Origin: Candidatus Eiseniibacteriota bacterium
GTDB lineage: Bacteria; Eisenbacteria; RBG-16-71-46
Assembly (NCBI GenBank): GCA_963717935.1
Contig: CAVQXP010000004.1
Coordinates: 1,760,001 to 1,824,000 of the forward strand
DNA length: 64,000 nucleotides
Direction: 5' to 3'
Below are positions 63,928 to 64,000 of this stretch, in pieces; position 1 is the stretch's first letter; each line of letters begins with the position of its first letter. The notes beneath the pieces are model-generated. The model did not search any database, had not been told where the DNA came from, and worked only from the letters and a program-made list of their open reading frames with translations. Position numbers and translations under genes: made by a program.

Positions 63928-64000
63928 GGCCTTATGGTAGTGGACGGAGGGACCAGGCCCAACTGGTCTGCTTCCCGGATCTCGGTCCAGCACGACCGCC

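Overview
A high-GC bacterial chromosomal window with about 50 genes. I found no rRNA, tRNA, CRISPR array or intact mobile element. Two T9SS/FlgD-Ig-like C-terminal domains, a C-terminal TWGxLKxxYR motif and Omp28/DUF6029-like genes suggest an FCB-superphylum lineage such as Ca. Eisenbacteria or Krumholzibacteria (inference). In order, the window holds: ccmD-ccmE(CxxxY)-ccmF; a small protein-dinB-DUF72 cassette behind a promoter with a LexA-like palindrome; fba(II)-fbp; xdhC-mocA-LOG-thyX; transporters; two OM beta-barrels; acyl-CoA dehydrogenase, GGT, fused E1 alpha/beta and penicillin acylase; ROK, miaB and queF; a membrane GAF-PP2C phosphatase; S9 peptidase, fprA and a class V aminotransferase; a HEAT-repeat/HD-GYP/hybrid pseudokinase signalling locus; a fused 2-oxoacid:ferredoxin oxidoreductase; a GT2/GtrA/GT-C glycosylation module; cysteine synthase; an orphan PilB-like ATPase; secreted proteins; and rlmN. 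The best candidate for an undescribed system is a four-gene operon at 57.4-62.6 kb (Omp28 lipoprotein, secreted Omp28 protein, TlpA, DUF6029-like barrel) in which every product carries a cysteine pair, suggesting an envelope thiol-redox relay. Many genes carry single-base frameshifts that look like long-read assembly errors. All family calls come from motif recognition by eye; no searches were run.
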